From assembly GCA_965223665.1 (NCBI GenBank), contig OZ245011.1, forward strand, positions 1,952,001-2,016,000: 64,000 bases of DNA, read 5' to 3'. Every line of letters begins with the position of its first letter. Position 1 is the first letter of the stretch. The notes beneath the pieces were generated by a model. That model was not told the origin of the DNA. It saw only the letters and a program-made list of their open reading frames with translations, and did not search any database. Below are positions 50,498 through 60,473 of this stretch, piece by piece. The position numbers and the translations under genes are program-made. The stretch comes from Nitrospinaceae bacterium (GTDB taxonomy: Bacteria; Nitrospinota; Nitrospinia; Nitrospinales; Nitrospinaceae).

Positions 50498-50917
50498 ATG
50501 AAACGTGACTATTTCCTTGCCCTGGAGCAACTCAACAACGACAGCTCCCTGCCACTTAACGAAGTCATCGAGAAGCTTGCCTTCAATGAGCAAGGTTTAA
50601 TACCCGTAATCACTCAAGACGTCCAAACCAAAACTCTGCTGATGTTCGCCTGGATGAATAAAGAATCGCTTCAGATAACGCTGGCAACGCAACGCATGAC
50701 TTACTGGTCGCGCAGCCGGCAGCAACTGTGGGTCAAAGGTGAAACCAGCGGCCATGTGCAAAAGCTGGTCTCCATGTCATTCGATTGCGATGGCGACGCT
50801 GTACTCTGCCAGGTGGAACAGCAAGGCGCCCCCTGCCACACCGGCCGGCAATCCTGTTTTTATTTAAACGTCGATGCCGACAACCAAAAGGTTATTGTAA
50901 ACGGCAACCACGCGTAA
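50498..50917 (+). CDS. hisI: Phosphoribosyl-AMP cyclohydrolase (probable paralog)
   Basis: GLIPVITQD, YWSRSRQQLWVKGETSG, DCDGD, CHTGRQSCF. Confidence 0.95.
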   Translation: MKRDYFLALEQLNNDSSLPLNEVIEKLAFNEQGLIPVITQDVQTKTLLMFAWMNKESLQITLATQRMTYWSRSRQQLWVKGETSGHVQKLVSMSFDCDGDAVLCQVEQQGAPCHTGRQSCFYLNVDADNQKVIVNGNHA

Positions 50918-50919
50918 CC

Positions 50920-52254
50920 ATGTCCGCAACGCTCATCAAACATGCACTTGTGGTGAACGAAGGCAAAATCAAAGAAACTGATCTGCGGATTTTCGATTCT
51001 AAAATCGACAAAATAGAAACCGATATTAAAGCCCAGCCATCAGACCAAATCATTGAAGCGAACGGATGCTATCTGCTGCCCGGCATGATTGACGATCAAG
51101 TGCATTTTCGTGAGCCGGGTTTAACCCATAAGGGCACCATTGCCAGTGAATCCTTCGCAGCGGTGGCTGGGGGAATCACCAGTTTCATGGAAATGCCAAA
51201 TGTCAAGCCAGCTACGACAACCATCGAAGTGCTCGAACAAAAATACAACATTGCCGCGGAGCGATCCCATGCCAACTATGCTTTTTATCTGGGGGCCACC
51301 GAAGACAACCTTGACCAAATAAAGCGACTCGATCCTAAAAAGCACTGTGGAGTAAAAGTCTTTATGGGCGCATCGACCGGTGATTTACTCGTTGAGGCAC
51401 CGCATGCACTCGAGGCCATTTTTCGTGAATCCCCTGTGCTCATCGTTACTCACTGCGAGAGCGGCCCAATCATTAGACAAAATCGAGAGAGGCTCCATAA
51501 CTCGAAGCCGGTTTTAACTATTGAAGACCATCCCCTACTTCGCGATGCCAACGCCTGCTATGCGTCTTCTTCTTACGCTGTCAACTTGGCCAAAAAATAT
51601 CAAAGCCAATTGCATGTATTGCATATCACTACAGAAAAAGAACTTGGCTTATTTGAATCCGGGCCCACTGAAAAAAAGAATATTACCGCAGAAGCCTGCG
51701 TTCATCATTTATGGTTTAGCGACCGGGATTATAAAAATTTAGGTAATTTAATTAAATGCAATCCTTCAATAAAAAGGTCGAGTGACCGCCATGCGCTAAT
51801 TCAAGCATTGCACACCAATCAAATCGATATCATTGCCACCGACCATGCTCCCCATACCCTTGAAGAAAAGCGGGTTGATTACGAGCAGGCTCCTGCCGGA
51901 CTTCCACTGGTACAACATGCCCTATTGAGTTTATTTGAACATATGAAGCATGGACGTTTAAGCTTAACGCAGATAGTTGAAAAAACTGCACACAATCCAG
52001 CACTTCGATACGCCATCGCTGGACGAGGGTTTATTCGTGAAGGCTATTACGCAGATTTAGTCCTTATAGACAGTCAATCCTCCACTGCAGTTACTCACGA
52101 AAACAGTTTATATCACTGCGGTTGGACTCCCTTTGCCGGGCAGACGTTTTCCTGGAGCATTAAGGGTACCTGGGTCAATGGTCAGCAGGTGTATAGCAGT
52201 GAGGGCAGTGTCTCCGGAAAACCGTTAACGATGCCCCTTGCCTTTAATCCATGA
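50920..52254 (+). CDS. pyrC: Dihydroorotase (PyrC2-type)
   Basis: LPGMIDDQVHFREPG, EMPN, KVFMGASTG, KCNPSIK, IATDHAPH; start ATG 50920. Confidence 0.9.
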   Translation: MSATLIKHALVVNEGKIKETDLRIFDSKIDKIETDIKAQPSDQIIEANGCYLLPGMIDDQVHFREPGLTHKGTIASESFAAVAGGITSFMEMPNVKPATTTIEVLEQKYNIAAERSHANYAFYLGATEDNLDQIKRLDPKKHCGVKVFMGASTGDLLVEAPHALEAIFRESPVLIVTHCESGPIIRQNRERLHNSKPVLTIEDHPLLRDANACYASSSYAVNLAKKYQSQLHVLHITTEKELGLFESGPTEKKNITAEACVHHLWFSDRDYKNLGNLIKCNPSIKRSSDRHALIQALHTNQIDIIATDHAPHTLEEKRVDYEQAPAGLPLVQHALLSLFEHMKHGRLSLTQIVEKTAHNPALRYAIAGRGFIREGYYADLVLIDSQSSTAVTHENSLYHCGWTPFAGQTFSWSIKGTWVNGQQVYSSEGSVSGKPLTMPLAFNP

Positions 52255-52277
52255 TTGTTAAGCGGGTCTCTATAAAT

Positions 52278-52887
52278 TTAACGCAAAGCCAAAGAAGCTT
52301 CTCGAACGATTTCCAGGCTGGATCTAAAAATCAAAATAGAAATAAGCGTTCCCACCACTAAATCGGGCCAAAACGAATGAGTATAAGCAACTCCCCAAGC
52401 GGCGATTAAAATTCCCAAATTAGCCATTACATCGTTTCGCGTACATAACCAGGCTGATTTCATGTTTATGTCGTCGCTTCTATAACGGTAAACCAGGAAA
52501 GCGCAAACTAAATTGGCGGCTAGAGCCATGTCCACCCACCACTCCCATAGTAAACGGTTCAGGCAAGCCGGGAGAAAAAAATCTATACACTACCGAGGCA
52601 AGTATAAAAAAAGAAAAGGTTCCCATAATAACCCCTTTTATCATGGAAACCCAGGCCCGGCATTTCTCACTTCGTTGAATTACAAAAAGAGAACTCCCTA
52701 ACAAAAAAGCGTCACTTAACATATCAAGAGAATCGGCAAAAAGGGCTTTGGATTCCGACAGCCAGCCATAAATCGCTTCGATGAAAAACATCCCAATATT
52801 TATGAATAACGCCAAACCCAGAACCAGTCGATGATTCTTTGCGAGTTGACTCATTCCCTCTTCGCAGGTGGAAGCGCAATTGCTCAT
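52278..52887 (-). pseudogene. Cation diffusion facilitator (CzcD-like), frameshifted
   Basis: ALFADSLDMLSDA in one frame, MKSAWLCTRNDVMAN..WPDL in another; one extra base near 52530. Confidence 0.8.
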
Positions 52888-52952
52888 ATGAATTACCTCT
52901 TTGTATTATCCGTTGGGGTTGCGGTTGGCTCAATCCACCATTCTTTAAATTT

Positions 52953-52969
52953 TTGCAAGTGAATTGCAT
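52953..52969. promoter_or_regulatory. Candidate Zur box
   Basis: TTGCAAGTGAATTGCAT. Confidence 0.55.
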
Positions 52970-53176
52970 TTAGTTTTTGAGATAACTGAAAAATGACAAT
53001 AAATAACAAGCGGTTAATAGAAAAATTTTATCCAAGATTCATCTAGCCGACTAGAAATCTCTCTATATTTATAGGTAATTTTAGACATTCAAAAAACAAA
53101 AATCAAAGTTTTTTGAATAATCTCTTAAAAAATAATTGCAAACCATTTAAAAAATATTGTAGATTAGGTTATATAT

Positions 53177-53193
53177 TTGCGAATTATTTGCAA
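53177..53193. promoter_or_regulatory. Candidate Zur box
   Basis: TTGCGAATTATTTGCAA upstream of the COG0523 operon; weaker site at 53136. Confidence 0.6.
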
Positions 53194-53219
53194 AAATAGC
53201 ATTAAGGAACCCATCAATA

Positions 53220-53879
53220 ATGATCAGGCAAATTGTTTCCATGCTCAAGGATCCGTCTCTATTATCTTCCGGAACTTCCCGGTATTCAAAGGCTCTGATG
53301 AAGGTAAAAAGGTTTGCGGAGATTTTACTGCATCAACAATTGTGGTTTTTTGGTAAAGATATCACTAATGCCAAAAGCAACTTGCTCATCGATTTCGGTT
53401 TTAAAAGGATTCGTCCCCCAAAAGAAACAGACGGCAGCACAAATTACATTTGCCATATCAATGGTGAAAGCAGCCTGGTCCTTTGGGGTTTTGGAGTTTA
53501 CTATGTTCAGGGAAACAACCCGGGAGTCTACCTGGGTCGTTACAACGTTTATCCCAAACTAATCCACGGTGAACCGCTGAATCTTCCCATTTGGTCTCCT
53601 TCCAGCCTTCCTGAAATGAGCAATCCCAAAAGCATAGAAGAATGGGAATGCTCATTTAGATTGATGTCAGAATTATTTGATTGGATTGCCTGTTATGAAG
53701 GGTGGGTTAATTGGGTTATGGACCTTTCTTATCGGGAAAACTGTCTAAAAGATTTCAAGCAACCCATCGTTTCCTGCTATGAAGGAGCATGGGCTTGGAA
53801 CCGGATGGCGAATTTCTTTAGACAACAACTTGTTTCAGATGAAACTTCAAACAAAACATTATTCCTATCTCAGGATTAA
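53220..53879 (+). CDS. Hypothetical protein, first gene of the COG0523 operon
   Basis: AAGGA RBS; LLHQQLWFFGKDI, LWGFG, WIACYEGWV. Confidence 0.75.
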   Translation: MIRQIVSMLKDPSLLSSGTSRYSKALMKVKRFAEILLHQQLWFFGKDITNAKSNLLIDFGFKRIRPPKETDGSTNYICHINGESSLVLWGFGVYYVQGNNPGVYLGRYNVYPKLIHGEPLNLPIWSPSSLPEMSNPKSIEEWECSFRLMSELFDWIACYEGWVNWVMDLSYRENCLKDFKQPIVSCYEGAWAWNRMANFFRQQLVSDETSNKTLFLSQD

Positions 53880-53895
53880 AGGGAAAGCCTAACCG

Positions 53896-54156
53896 ATGCG
53901 AAATCTATTTGAAAAAAATCAAAAAAAAGATGTTGCCGCAATTTCGACCATCAAACATTGGATCAGTGAAATTTTTAATTTGACCAAAAACGACACCATA
54001 CTCGTAACAGAGTTGCAATGTCATGAAGAAGGGTGCCCGCCAATCGAAACGGTAATAGTTGTTATGAGAGAAGGCGCTAGAAAAGAACAATACAAATTTC
54101 ATAAACAAATTCATGAAATTAATATTGAGGATATTACTGATTTATCATCACGATAA
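53896..54156 (+). CDS. Small C-x4-C-PP protein
   Basis: IKHW..VTELQCHEEGCPPIETVI. Confidence 0.8.
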   Translation: MRNLFEKNQKKDVAAISTIKHWISEIFNLTKNDTILVTELQCHEEGCPPIETVIVVMREGARKEQYKFHKQIHEINIEDITDLSSR

Positions 54157-54174
54157 CAAAAGTAAAGGATTCTT

Positions 54175-55530
54175 ATGAGTACTGAACAAACAATTCAATC
54201 CGTACCCGTCACCGTGTTAACGGGATTTCTGGGTGCCGGTAAAACTACATTGCTGAATTATATATTGACTGAAAATCATGGAAAAAGAATTGCCGTTATT
54301 GAAAATGAATTTGGAGAACTCGGTATTGATAACGATCTGGTTATTAATGCAGAGGAAGAGATTTTCGAAATGAATAACGGTTGTATCTGTTGCACCGTCC
54401 GGGGCGACCTGATTCGAATCCTCGGAAATTTAATGAAACGCAGAGACAAGTTTGATTACATTTTACTTGAGACCACCGGTTTGGCGAATCCCGGTCCCGT
54501 GGCCCAAACGTTTTTCATGGATGATGAAATTGGAACCAAGCTATCGCTAGACGGCATCGTGACAGTCGTTGACGCCAAGCACATCAATGAAAGACTGGCG
54601 GACAGCAGTGAAACCCGGGAACAAATTGCCTTTGCTGATGTGATTCTTATCAATAAAACAGATTTGGTCAATCCTGAAGAACTCGTTGAATTAGAAGCAA
54701 GACTTCGAAAAATGAATGGAGCCGCTAAACTGTTTCGCACTCAAAAATCAAAAGTCAATTTGGAACATATATTGAATATCTCCGCTTTTGATTTGAACCG
54801 GTCCCTGGAAATCAACCCCAAGTTTTTGGAACCGGAATATCCTTTCGAATGGGGTGGGATCTTTGAACTCAACGAAGGGGAGCACGAATTCACTCTTCAG
54901 GAAGGCCCAGACCCCGGAATGAAAGTCTCTTTACGCCAGGTTTCGCAAGCAAGCTCAGAAGAATTAAACCAGGCTATAGAACCCACCGTTAAAATTTTTT
55001 CAGAAAATAAAGAAACTTTATTTTCTGGAGACGCTTTAAAGCCAAATGCAAAACTGTTCTATCTGGATCTTCAATCGAAGCAATCCCGATTTCCTATTCA
55101 AATCCCGGTAAAAGGTTCTTACATATTGTTTTCAGAACACATGCCAGAAGAATTTAACGCGACGTTAAAAAATGAAAGTGGAGAAATTATTCAACCTGGG
55201 GTCTCACAAATTTTTAATCCGGACCATGAGCACGACGATGAAATTTCTTCTGTGGGAATCACACTGGCGGGTGACTTAGATCATGAAAAGCTCAATCAAT
55301 GGTTAGGAGTCATTCTGCAAACCAAGGCTGTAGATATCTTCCGAATGAAAGGAATATTAAGCATTAAAGATCAACCCAATCGGTTTGTTTTCCAGGGGGT
55401 GCATATGCTTTTTGACGGATACCCGGAACAACCCTGGGGAGACAGAAAACGGGAAAATAACCTGATTTTCATTGGTCGAAATCTGGACCGTAGTTTTTTT
55501 GAAGATGGAGTTCGTTCGTGCCTAAGTTAA
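54175..55530 (+). CDS. COG0523 (CobW/ZigA-like) G3E GTPase metallochaperone
   Basis: [49 protein letters not shown]. Confidence 0.95.
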   Translation: MSTEQTIQSVPVTVLTGFLGAGKTTLLNYILTENHGKRIAVIENEFGELGIDNDLVINAEEEIFEMNNGCICCTVRGDLIRILGNLMKRRDKFDYILLETTGLANPGPVAQTFFMDDEIGTKLSLDGIVTVVDAKHINERLADSSETREQIAFADVILINKTDLVNPEELVELEARLRKMNGAAKLFRTQKSKVNLEHILNISAFDLNRSLEINPKFLEPEYPFEWGGIFELNEGEHEFTLQEGPDPGMKVSLRQVSQASSEELNQAIEPTVKIFSENKETLFSGDALKPNAKLFYLDLQSKQSRFPIQIPVKGSYILFSEHMPEEFNATLKNESGEIIQPGVSQIFNPDHEHDDEISSVGITLAGDLDHEKLNQWLGVILQTKAVDIFRMKGILSIKDQPNRFVFQGVHMLFDGYPEQPWGDRKRENNLIFIGRNLDRSFFEDGVRSCLS

Positions 55531-56564
55531 AAAAACCTAAAAATAAAAAGAACCGAAAAAAACTATCGCGATCTTGGACTCAGTCCATCGGAGACTATGT
55601 GATGGATCTTTCCTGGTCGCCTGACGGCTCCCTTTTGGCCGCGGTGGAAACCAGCGGACCCATTACAGTTTTCGATACTGAACAAGGAAATAAAGTATCT
55701 TTTGCTTCTGGTCACGAATTGGGAACTTCTCAAGTTGGATGGAGTCCCGCAGGAGACTGTTTCGCAAGCGCGGGTCTCGATGGAATAATTCGGTATTGGA
55801 ATTGGAAACATTCAGAACAAGAGATTCGTTCCATGAAAGGTGGCTCGACCTGGGTTGAAAATTTGGTTTGGCATCCCAGCAACGAATGTTTAGCCACCAG
55901 CGCTGGAAAACATTTGCGATTGTGGGATACCGATGGGGAGTTATTGGTGGATTGGACGAACTTTGAAAGCACCATTGCGGATATTGCGTGGTCTCCGTCT
56001 GGCGATTGTGTCGTGGCCGCAACTTACGGTGGGCTTACTTTCCAGTTCCCAAAGGAACCAGACAGACAACGAAAATTTAAATGGAAAGGATCTTCATTGA
56101 AAATCGCCTGGAGTCCTGATGGAAAATTCATTGCAACGGGCGATCAGGATTCAACGGTTCATTTTTGGGATGTCGAAACCGGCAAAGATTGTCAAATGTC
56201 TGGCTACCCGACTAAAGTACTTCCATTGGCCTGGAATTCTACCAGTAGATATTTAGCTACAGGGGGATGCGATAAAGTAATCCTCTGGGATTGTTCTGGT
56301 AAAGGCCCCCAGGATACCGACCCGATTCCACTGACCAAACATAAAGAATTACTTTCCGCAGTGGCTTTTCAAAATAATGGACCACTTCTAGCTTCCGCCG
56401 ATGAATCAGGATTAGTGGCAGTGTGGAATCACGAAGAGTCTAAAAAACCTTTGGCGACCGTAAACTTTGACTCTGAAGTCACGCAACTGATGTGGGCGCC
56501 CAACGATCAATCCATTGCCATTGGCGATAACCTGGGGAACATAAAACTTTTAACATTAAATTGA
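55518..56564 (+). CDS. WD40 repeat protein
   Basis: Repeated WSPDG..AT/AS..W-D. Confidence 0.9.
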   Translation: MPKLKKPKNKKNRKKLSRSWTQSIGDYVMDLSWSPDGSLLAAVETSGPITVFDTEQGNKVSFASGHELGTSQVGWSPAGDCFASAGLDGIIRYWNWKHSEQEIRSMKGGSTWVENLVWHPSNECLATSAGKHLRLWDTDGELLVDWTNFESTIADIAWSPSGDCVVAATYGGLTFQFPKEPDRQRKFKWKGSSLKIAWSPDGKFIATGDQDSTVHFWDVETGKDCQMSGYPTKVLPLAWNSTSRYLATGGCDKVILWDCSGKGPQDTDPIPLTKHKELLSAVAFQNNGPLLASADESGLVAVWNHEESKKPLATVNFDSEVTQLMWAPNDQSIAIGDNLGNIKLLTLN

Positions 56565-56599
56565 ATCTTTCCCATTCGCAAAATTATGAGCTTAAATTT

Positions 56600-57667
56600 A
56601 TGGTACTTATTCAAAACCTGATTCAACAAAATATATTAGACGAATACGTTATTGATATTGGCTGGTCTCCCAACGGTGAATATTTAGCCGCTATTACCGC
56701 TAATGGGCAGATCGCCCTATTTAATATGAAATCTGATTTCGCCTGGAAGGAACTTGGCCGGCATAAGCATGGTGCCCTTTCCATGCAATGGCATCCTTAC
56801 GAAAATTTATTGGCCAGTGGCGGCCAGGACGGAAAACTTACGTTATGGGACATTTCGTCCATGAGCGAAGCCTGGTGTCAGGATTTCGGAGGATGGATTG
56901 ACTGTTTAAGCTGGAGTTCTCTGGGTCAGTTTTTAGCTTCATCATCCGGAAAGAAATTAAGCATTTGGAACGTTTCAGGAAAACACGAAGAAACCTGGTC
57001 TGATCACAAAAGTTCTATTTCAGATATTGAATGGTCTCCCGATGGTCGGTTCATTGCGACGACCACCAAGGGGGGAATCACTATAAGAGGATATGGAGAT
57101 TTGGATACGACTCAATACCTGGAGTGGCACGGGTGTCCAATAAAAATGGCCTGGCAGCCTAATGGAAAACAAATTGCCATGGGAGACGAGGAAGCCATTC
57201 ATTTCTGGGAAGTCAAAACCAGCAAGCATCATCCCTTGTTCGGATACAACTCAAAGGTCTCTAAAATGTCCTGGAGTTCTGATGGCAGGTATTTAGCGAC
57301 TAACGATAAAGAGAACCTGGTGATCTGGGATTGCAACCCTCAACATTCAGCAAATGAACAATTATTTCCTTTGTTTTCTTTGGTTCCTGAATGCAGTCTG
57401 GTGGGGCCGAGCGGTTCGGCACCTATTTTACTTAAACAGCATGCAGGTGAAATCAATTCTCTGGTTTTCCAAAAGAATGGAGAACTCTTAGCTTCCGGAG
57501 ATGAGAATGGGGAGGTTCACATTTGGGATTTGCAAAAAACAAAAATACCCATTGGAAGCATCGCCATGGATTATCCTATTTCAAAAATTGCCTGGTCGCC
57601 CGATGGACAGAGCCTGGGCATAGGCGGGGCAGAGGGAACTGCCTCAATTTTTTCGTTTGATGCATAA
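56600..57667 (+). CDS. WD40 repeat protein, paralog
   Basis: WSPNG/WHP..LASGGQDGKLTLWD; start uncertain (56561 or 56600). Confidence 0.88.
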   Translation: MVLIQNLIQQNILDEYVIDIGWSPNGEYLAAITANGQIALFNMKSDFAWKELGRHKHGALSMQWHPYENLLASGGQDGKLTLWDISSMSEAWCQDFGGWIDCLSWSSLGQFLASSSGKKLSIWNVSGKHEETWSDHKSSISDIEWSPDGRFIATTTKGGITIRGYGDLDTTQYLEWHGCPIKMAWQPNGKQIAMGDEEAIHFWEVKTSKHHPLFGYNSKVSKMSWSSDGRYLATNDKENLVIWDCNPQHSANEQLFPLFSLVPECSLVGPSGSAPILLKQHAGEINSLVFQKNGELLASGDENGEVHIWDLQKTKIPIGSIAMDYPISKIAWSPDGQSLGIGGAEGTASIFSFDA

Positions 57668-57694
57668 TTTGCAATTTGTAAGGAATCTATAAAA

Positions 57695-58411
57695 TTGGAA
57701 ATGGCCGTACCTTATCCCATATTAGGATTTACCATTTTTGTAACCTTATTAGGAGGTTGTCTTCCAACTTTCAAATCATGGGCTCTCCACAAATTTGAAT
57801 TAATTATAAATTTTTCCGCAGGAATTTTTATTGGAGCCGTTTTATTTCACATGATTCCTGATGCAAAGCCTATCCTGGGTTTTGAAATGATTTACCCAAT
57901 ACTTATTGGATTCTTTTCTATTTACGGGATAGAAAAAGCTTTAGGTTCTAAAATCAACGCGACTCAGGAATTGGTTTTCCAACAAATAGGGATGTCCGCG
58001 TTAATAGGAGTTTCTTTCCATGCTTTAGTGGAAGGGTTTGCAATGGGCGCTGCAACTTTGATGAATTTTGGATTTGCCGTCATCGCAGCGATTATTTTTC
58101 ATAAGTTTCCCACCGCTATGTTATTAGCCGCTCTATTCGTAAAAGCAGGGAAATACGATAGAAAAACTATTGTTTCGATCATTTTTATTTTCGCTCTAAC
58201 CACGCCCCTTGGGGTTCTGCTTTCTTTTAGCGTTTTTGAGTTGGTTGATAAATATTGGCTGGGAATCGCCATTGCTCTTTCTGCCGGTACTTTTATTTAT
58301 TTAGCCTTTTTTGATTTGATGGCCCTCAACAACCAACAAAAGGGCAACAAAACCCTGAACATCATTTCCCTAGGGTTGGGGATGTTAGCCATGCTTTTCT
58401 TTCAAGGTTAG
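57695..58411 (+). CDS. ZIP-family (ZupT-like) metal permease
   Basis: FSAGIF..HMIPDA, HALVEG, HKFP, ALSAGTFIY. Confidence 0.9.
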   Translation: MEMAVPYPILGFTIFVTLLGGCLPTFKSWALHKFELIINFSAGIFIGAVLFHMIPDAKPILGFEMIYPILIGFFSIYGIEKALGSKINATQELVFQQIGMSALIGVSFHALVEGFAMGAATLMNFGFAVIAAIIFHKFPTAMLLAALFVKAGKYDRKTIVSIIFIFALTTPLGVLLSFSVFELVDKYWLGIAIALSAGTFIYLAFFDLMALNNQQKGNKTLNIISLGLGMLAMLFFQG

Positions 58412-58457
58412 TTATAGAATAATTGAGGTTAATCATTTGGAGGGATAAAGAGATTTT

Positions 58458-59597
58458 ATGAATGATGCGACTTCTTCAACACCGCTGCCCATTTCTGAAC
58501 CAGACACAGCTAAAGAGGACACAGAAAAACTGGTTTCCTTCTTTGAGCGTTCACTTGGTACCTGGGCACAAGATCAAGAAGTTACCCTGGCAGTCGGCAA
58601 CTGGCAGGATGGCGCCGTGATGGAACTCGTAGGAGTGACTCAGATGCTATCGGCTCGCTATGAAGGTTGCTTCAATGGTGTCCGAGAACTACGCACATCC
58701 GATAGCGAGCATCATGTACATATTGACCTGGCTCGTATCCATTCTATCGAGTATGTAATCGCACCAAGCGTTTGTCTCGAATTTCGTCCCTCACTCGAGA
58801 TCCGTTACCTTTGTATTGGGCCAGGAGGAGCTCGAACCGGCAGGGCGATGCTACGGGCTCTCTTTGCTTCACCTTACACTACCACAGGAGTCGACGGGCA
58901 AGCCGTTGCGAAATGGTATCAGAGATACAAACAGGACGTAACAGAAAAACCCGATCGAGTTCGTCTTATCTTCGATTCCAAGTTGGAAGAAGCCAAAGAG
59001 GGATGTGCAATATTAGAAGCTCTTGCAACTTCATCGCAAAAGGTGCTATCAAATTGGTCTTCCGCAACTAAAGAACTCACATTTTTAGAGCGACCCGCTA
59101 CGGTGCCGTCCGGTCCAGCATTCCATTCCCTCGTCGAGGAGGCCATTGCCATTCCGGAGGCCTCTTTGGTCATCTATCGGGATCGAACACTCGTGGAGTT
59201 CAAGACCGACCACCTTGGAGGTCTCTTTGAGTATCGTGAGGGTGACCATATCTCCTGGCAGTTCGGTCGGTTCGAGGGACATCACTGCCATCTGTCACTC
59301 AATGCCGTTACAGGGATCGAGTTCTCAGCCGAACCTGTTTCCTGCCAAAAAGGGCGACTGAATTATACAATTTGGTTCTTGATCGCCGGCGGCTGCGGCA
59401 ATCCTTTCCGAAGCGATGGCTATTTTTCAGTGACATTGAACCGACCCTACAAAGGGGATCACCCACGCTGGGAAGTCATCTGTCCGCTTGTCAATATTTA
59501 TGCTAAGTACCGCCATCAGGAATGGGTACGTGCTGATAATGGGTTCATCGCGGCACTCAGAGATGTGCCCCAGGGAAAAGGGTTAACCCTCGATTAA
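58458..59597 (+). CDS. Two-repeat protein, HemS/ChuX-like fold suspected
   Basis: EHHVHIDLARIHSIEY versus GHHCHLSLNAVTGIEF. Confidence 0.55.
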   Translation: MNDATSSTPLPISEPDTAKEDTEKLVSFFERSLGTWAQDQEVTLAVGNWQDGAVMELVGVTQMLSARYEGCFNGVRELRTSDSEHHVHIDLARIHSIEYVIAPSVCLEFRPSLEIRYLCIGPGGARTGRAMLRALFASPYTTTGVDGQAVAKWYQRYKQDVTEKPDRVRLIFDSKLEEAKEGCAILEALATSSQKVLSNWSSATKELTFLERPATVPSGPAFHSLVEEAIAIPEASLVIYRDRTLVEFKTDHLGGLFEYREGDHISWQFGRFEGHHCHLSLNAVTGIEFSAEPVSCQKGRLNYTIWFLIAGGCGNPFRSDGYFSVTLNRPYKGDHPRWEVICPLVNIYAKYRHQEWVRADNGFIAALRDVPQGKGLTLD

Positions 59598-59698
59598 ACA
59601 TTATGGGAGATGGACGGAGGATAGCATAAATTTCTCAAAGAAATTTTTCGACAAAACCAGAAACCCAAGCTCAGTTCTTGGAAGATATAAAAACGTAG

Positions 59699-60430
59699 TT
59701 ATTTTTTTTGAGTTAAATCGACGACGCCATCAAAGTTTCGATCCAGCTCTACTTTAGCCAATTTTCCGCTCTTAAAACTTTCCCATCGGTCGGCCTTACC
59801 GTCATCATTGGTATCATACTCGACTTTCTTCAAGGTGGTGCCACCGGATTCGTAATACTGCCATTGGTCCGGTTTCCCATTTCCATTGGTATCGAAAGCG
59901 GTATTATCGATTTGATTATTTCCTTTGAAATAGCTCCAACTATCAGGCTTTCCATCGCCGTTATTGTCTTTTTCCAAACGAACCAATTTTTCCTGATCAT
60001 TATAAAACTGAATCGTTTCAAATTTCCCATCTCCGTTATCGTCATATTCCGCGCGATCCAGTTTTTTATCAGCTCCAAACATTTCTCGGGAGTCAATTTT
60101 CCCGTTCATCTTGGTGGATTTTTCAATGCGGTCCACCTCTCCCTTTGAATTGTAGTATTGAAAGTGATCTATCGAGCCATCCTGGTTTTTATCAAACTCA
60201 ACACGAACCAGTTTTTTATCGCCCTCGTAGTATTCGGTTTGATCCACCTTACCATCGTGATTTCCGTCGTATTCTATCTTTATCAATTTACCATCGGCTC
60301 CTACGTGCTGCCATTGATCAATCTTTCCATCGAAATTGGAATCTATTTCATTGACTTCGGCAAAACACACGGCATTCCCAAACCAACCCATAAAAATTAA
60401 AAAAACCCAAAAACATTTTTTTGCAGACAT
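59699..60430 (-). CDS. Secreted DxNxDG repeat protein
   Basis: Signal peptide from ATG 60430; about 9 repeats of E-x-D-x-N-x-D-G-K-x-D-x-W. Confidence 0.8.
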   Translation of the reverse strand: MSAKKCFWVFLIFMGWFGNAVCFAEVNEIDSNFDGKIDQWQHVGADGKLIKIEYDGNHDGKVDQTEYYEGDKKLVRVEFDKNQDGSIDHFQYYNSKGEVDRIEKSTKMNGKIDSREMFGADKKLDRAEYDDNGDGKFETIQFYNDQEKLVRLEKDNNGDGKPDSWSYFKGNNQIDNTAFDTNGNGKPDQWQYYESGGTTLKKVEYDTNDDGKADRWESFKSGKLAKVELDRNFDGVVDLTQKK

Positions 60431-60473
60431 AGTTTTTGTTCTCGTTACATTAGAATGGATAATCAATTTTCAA

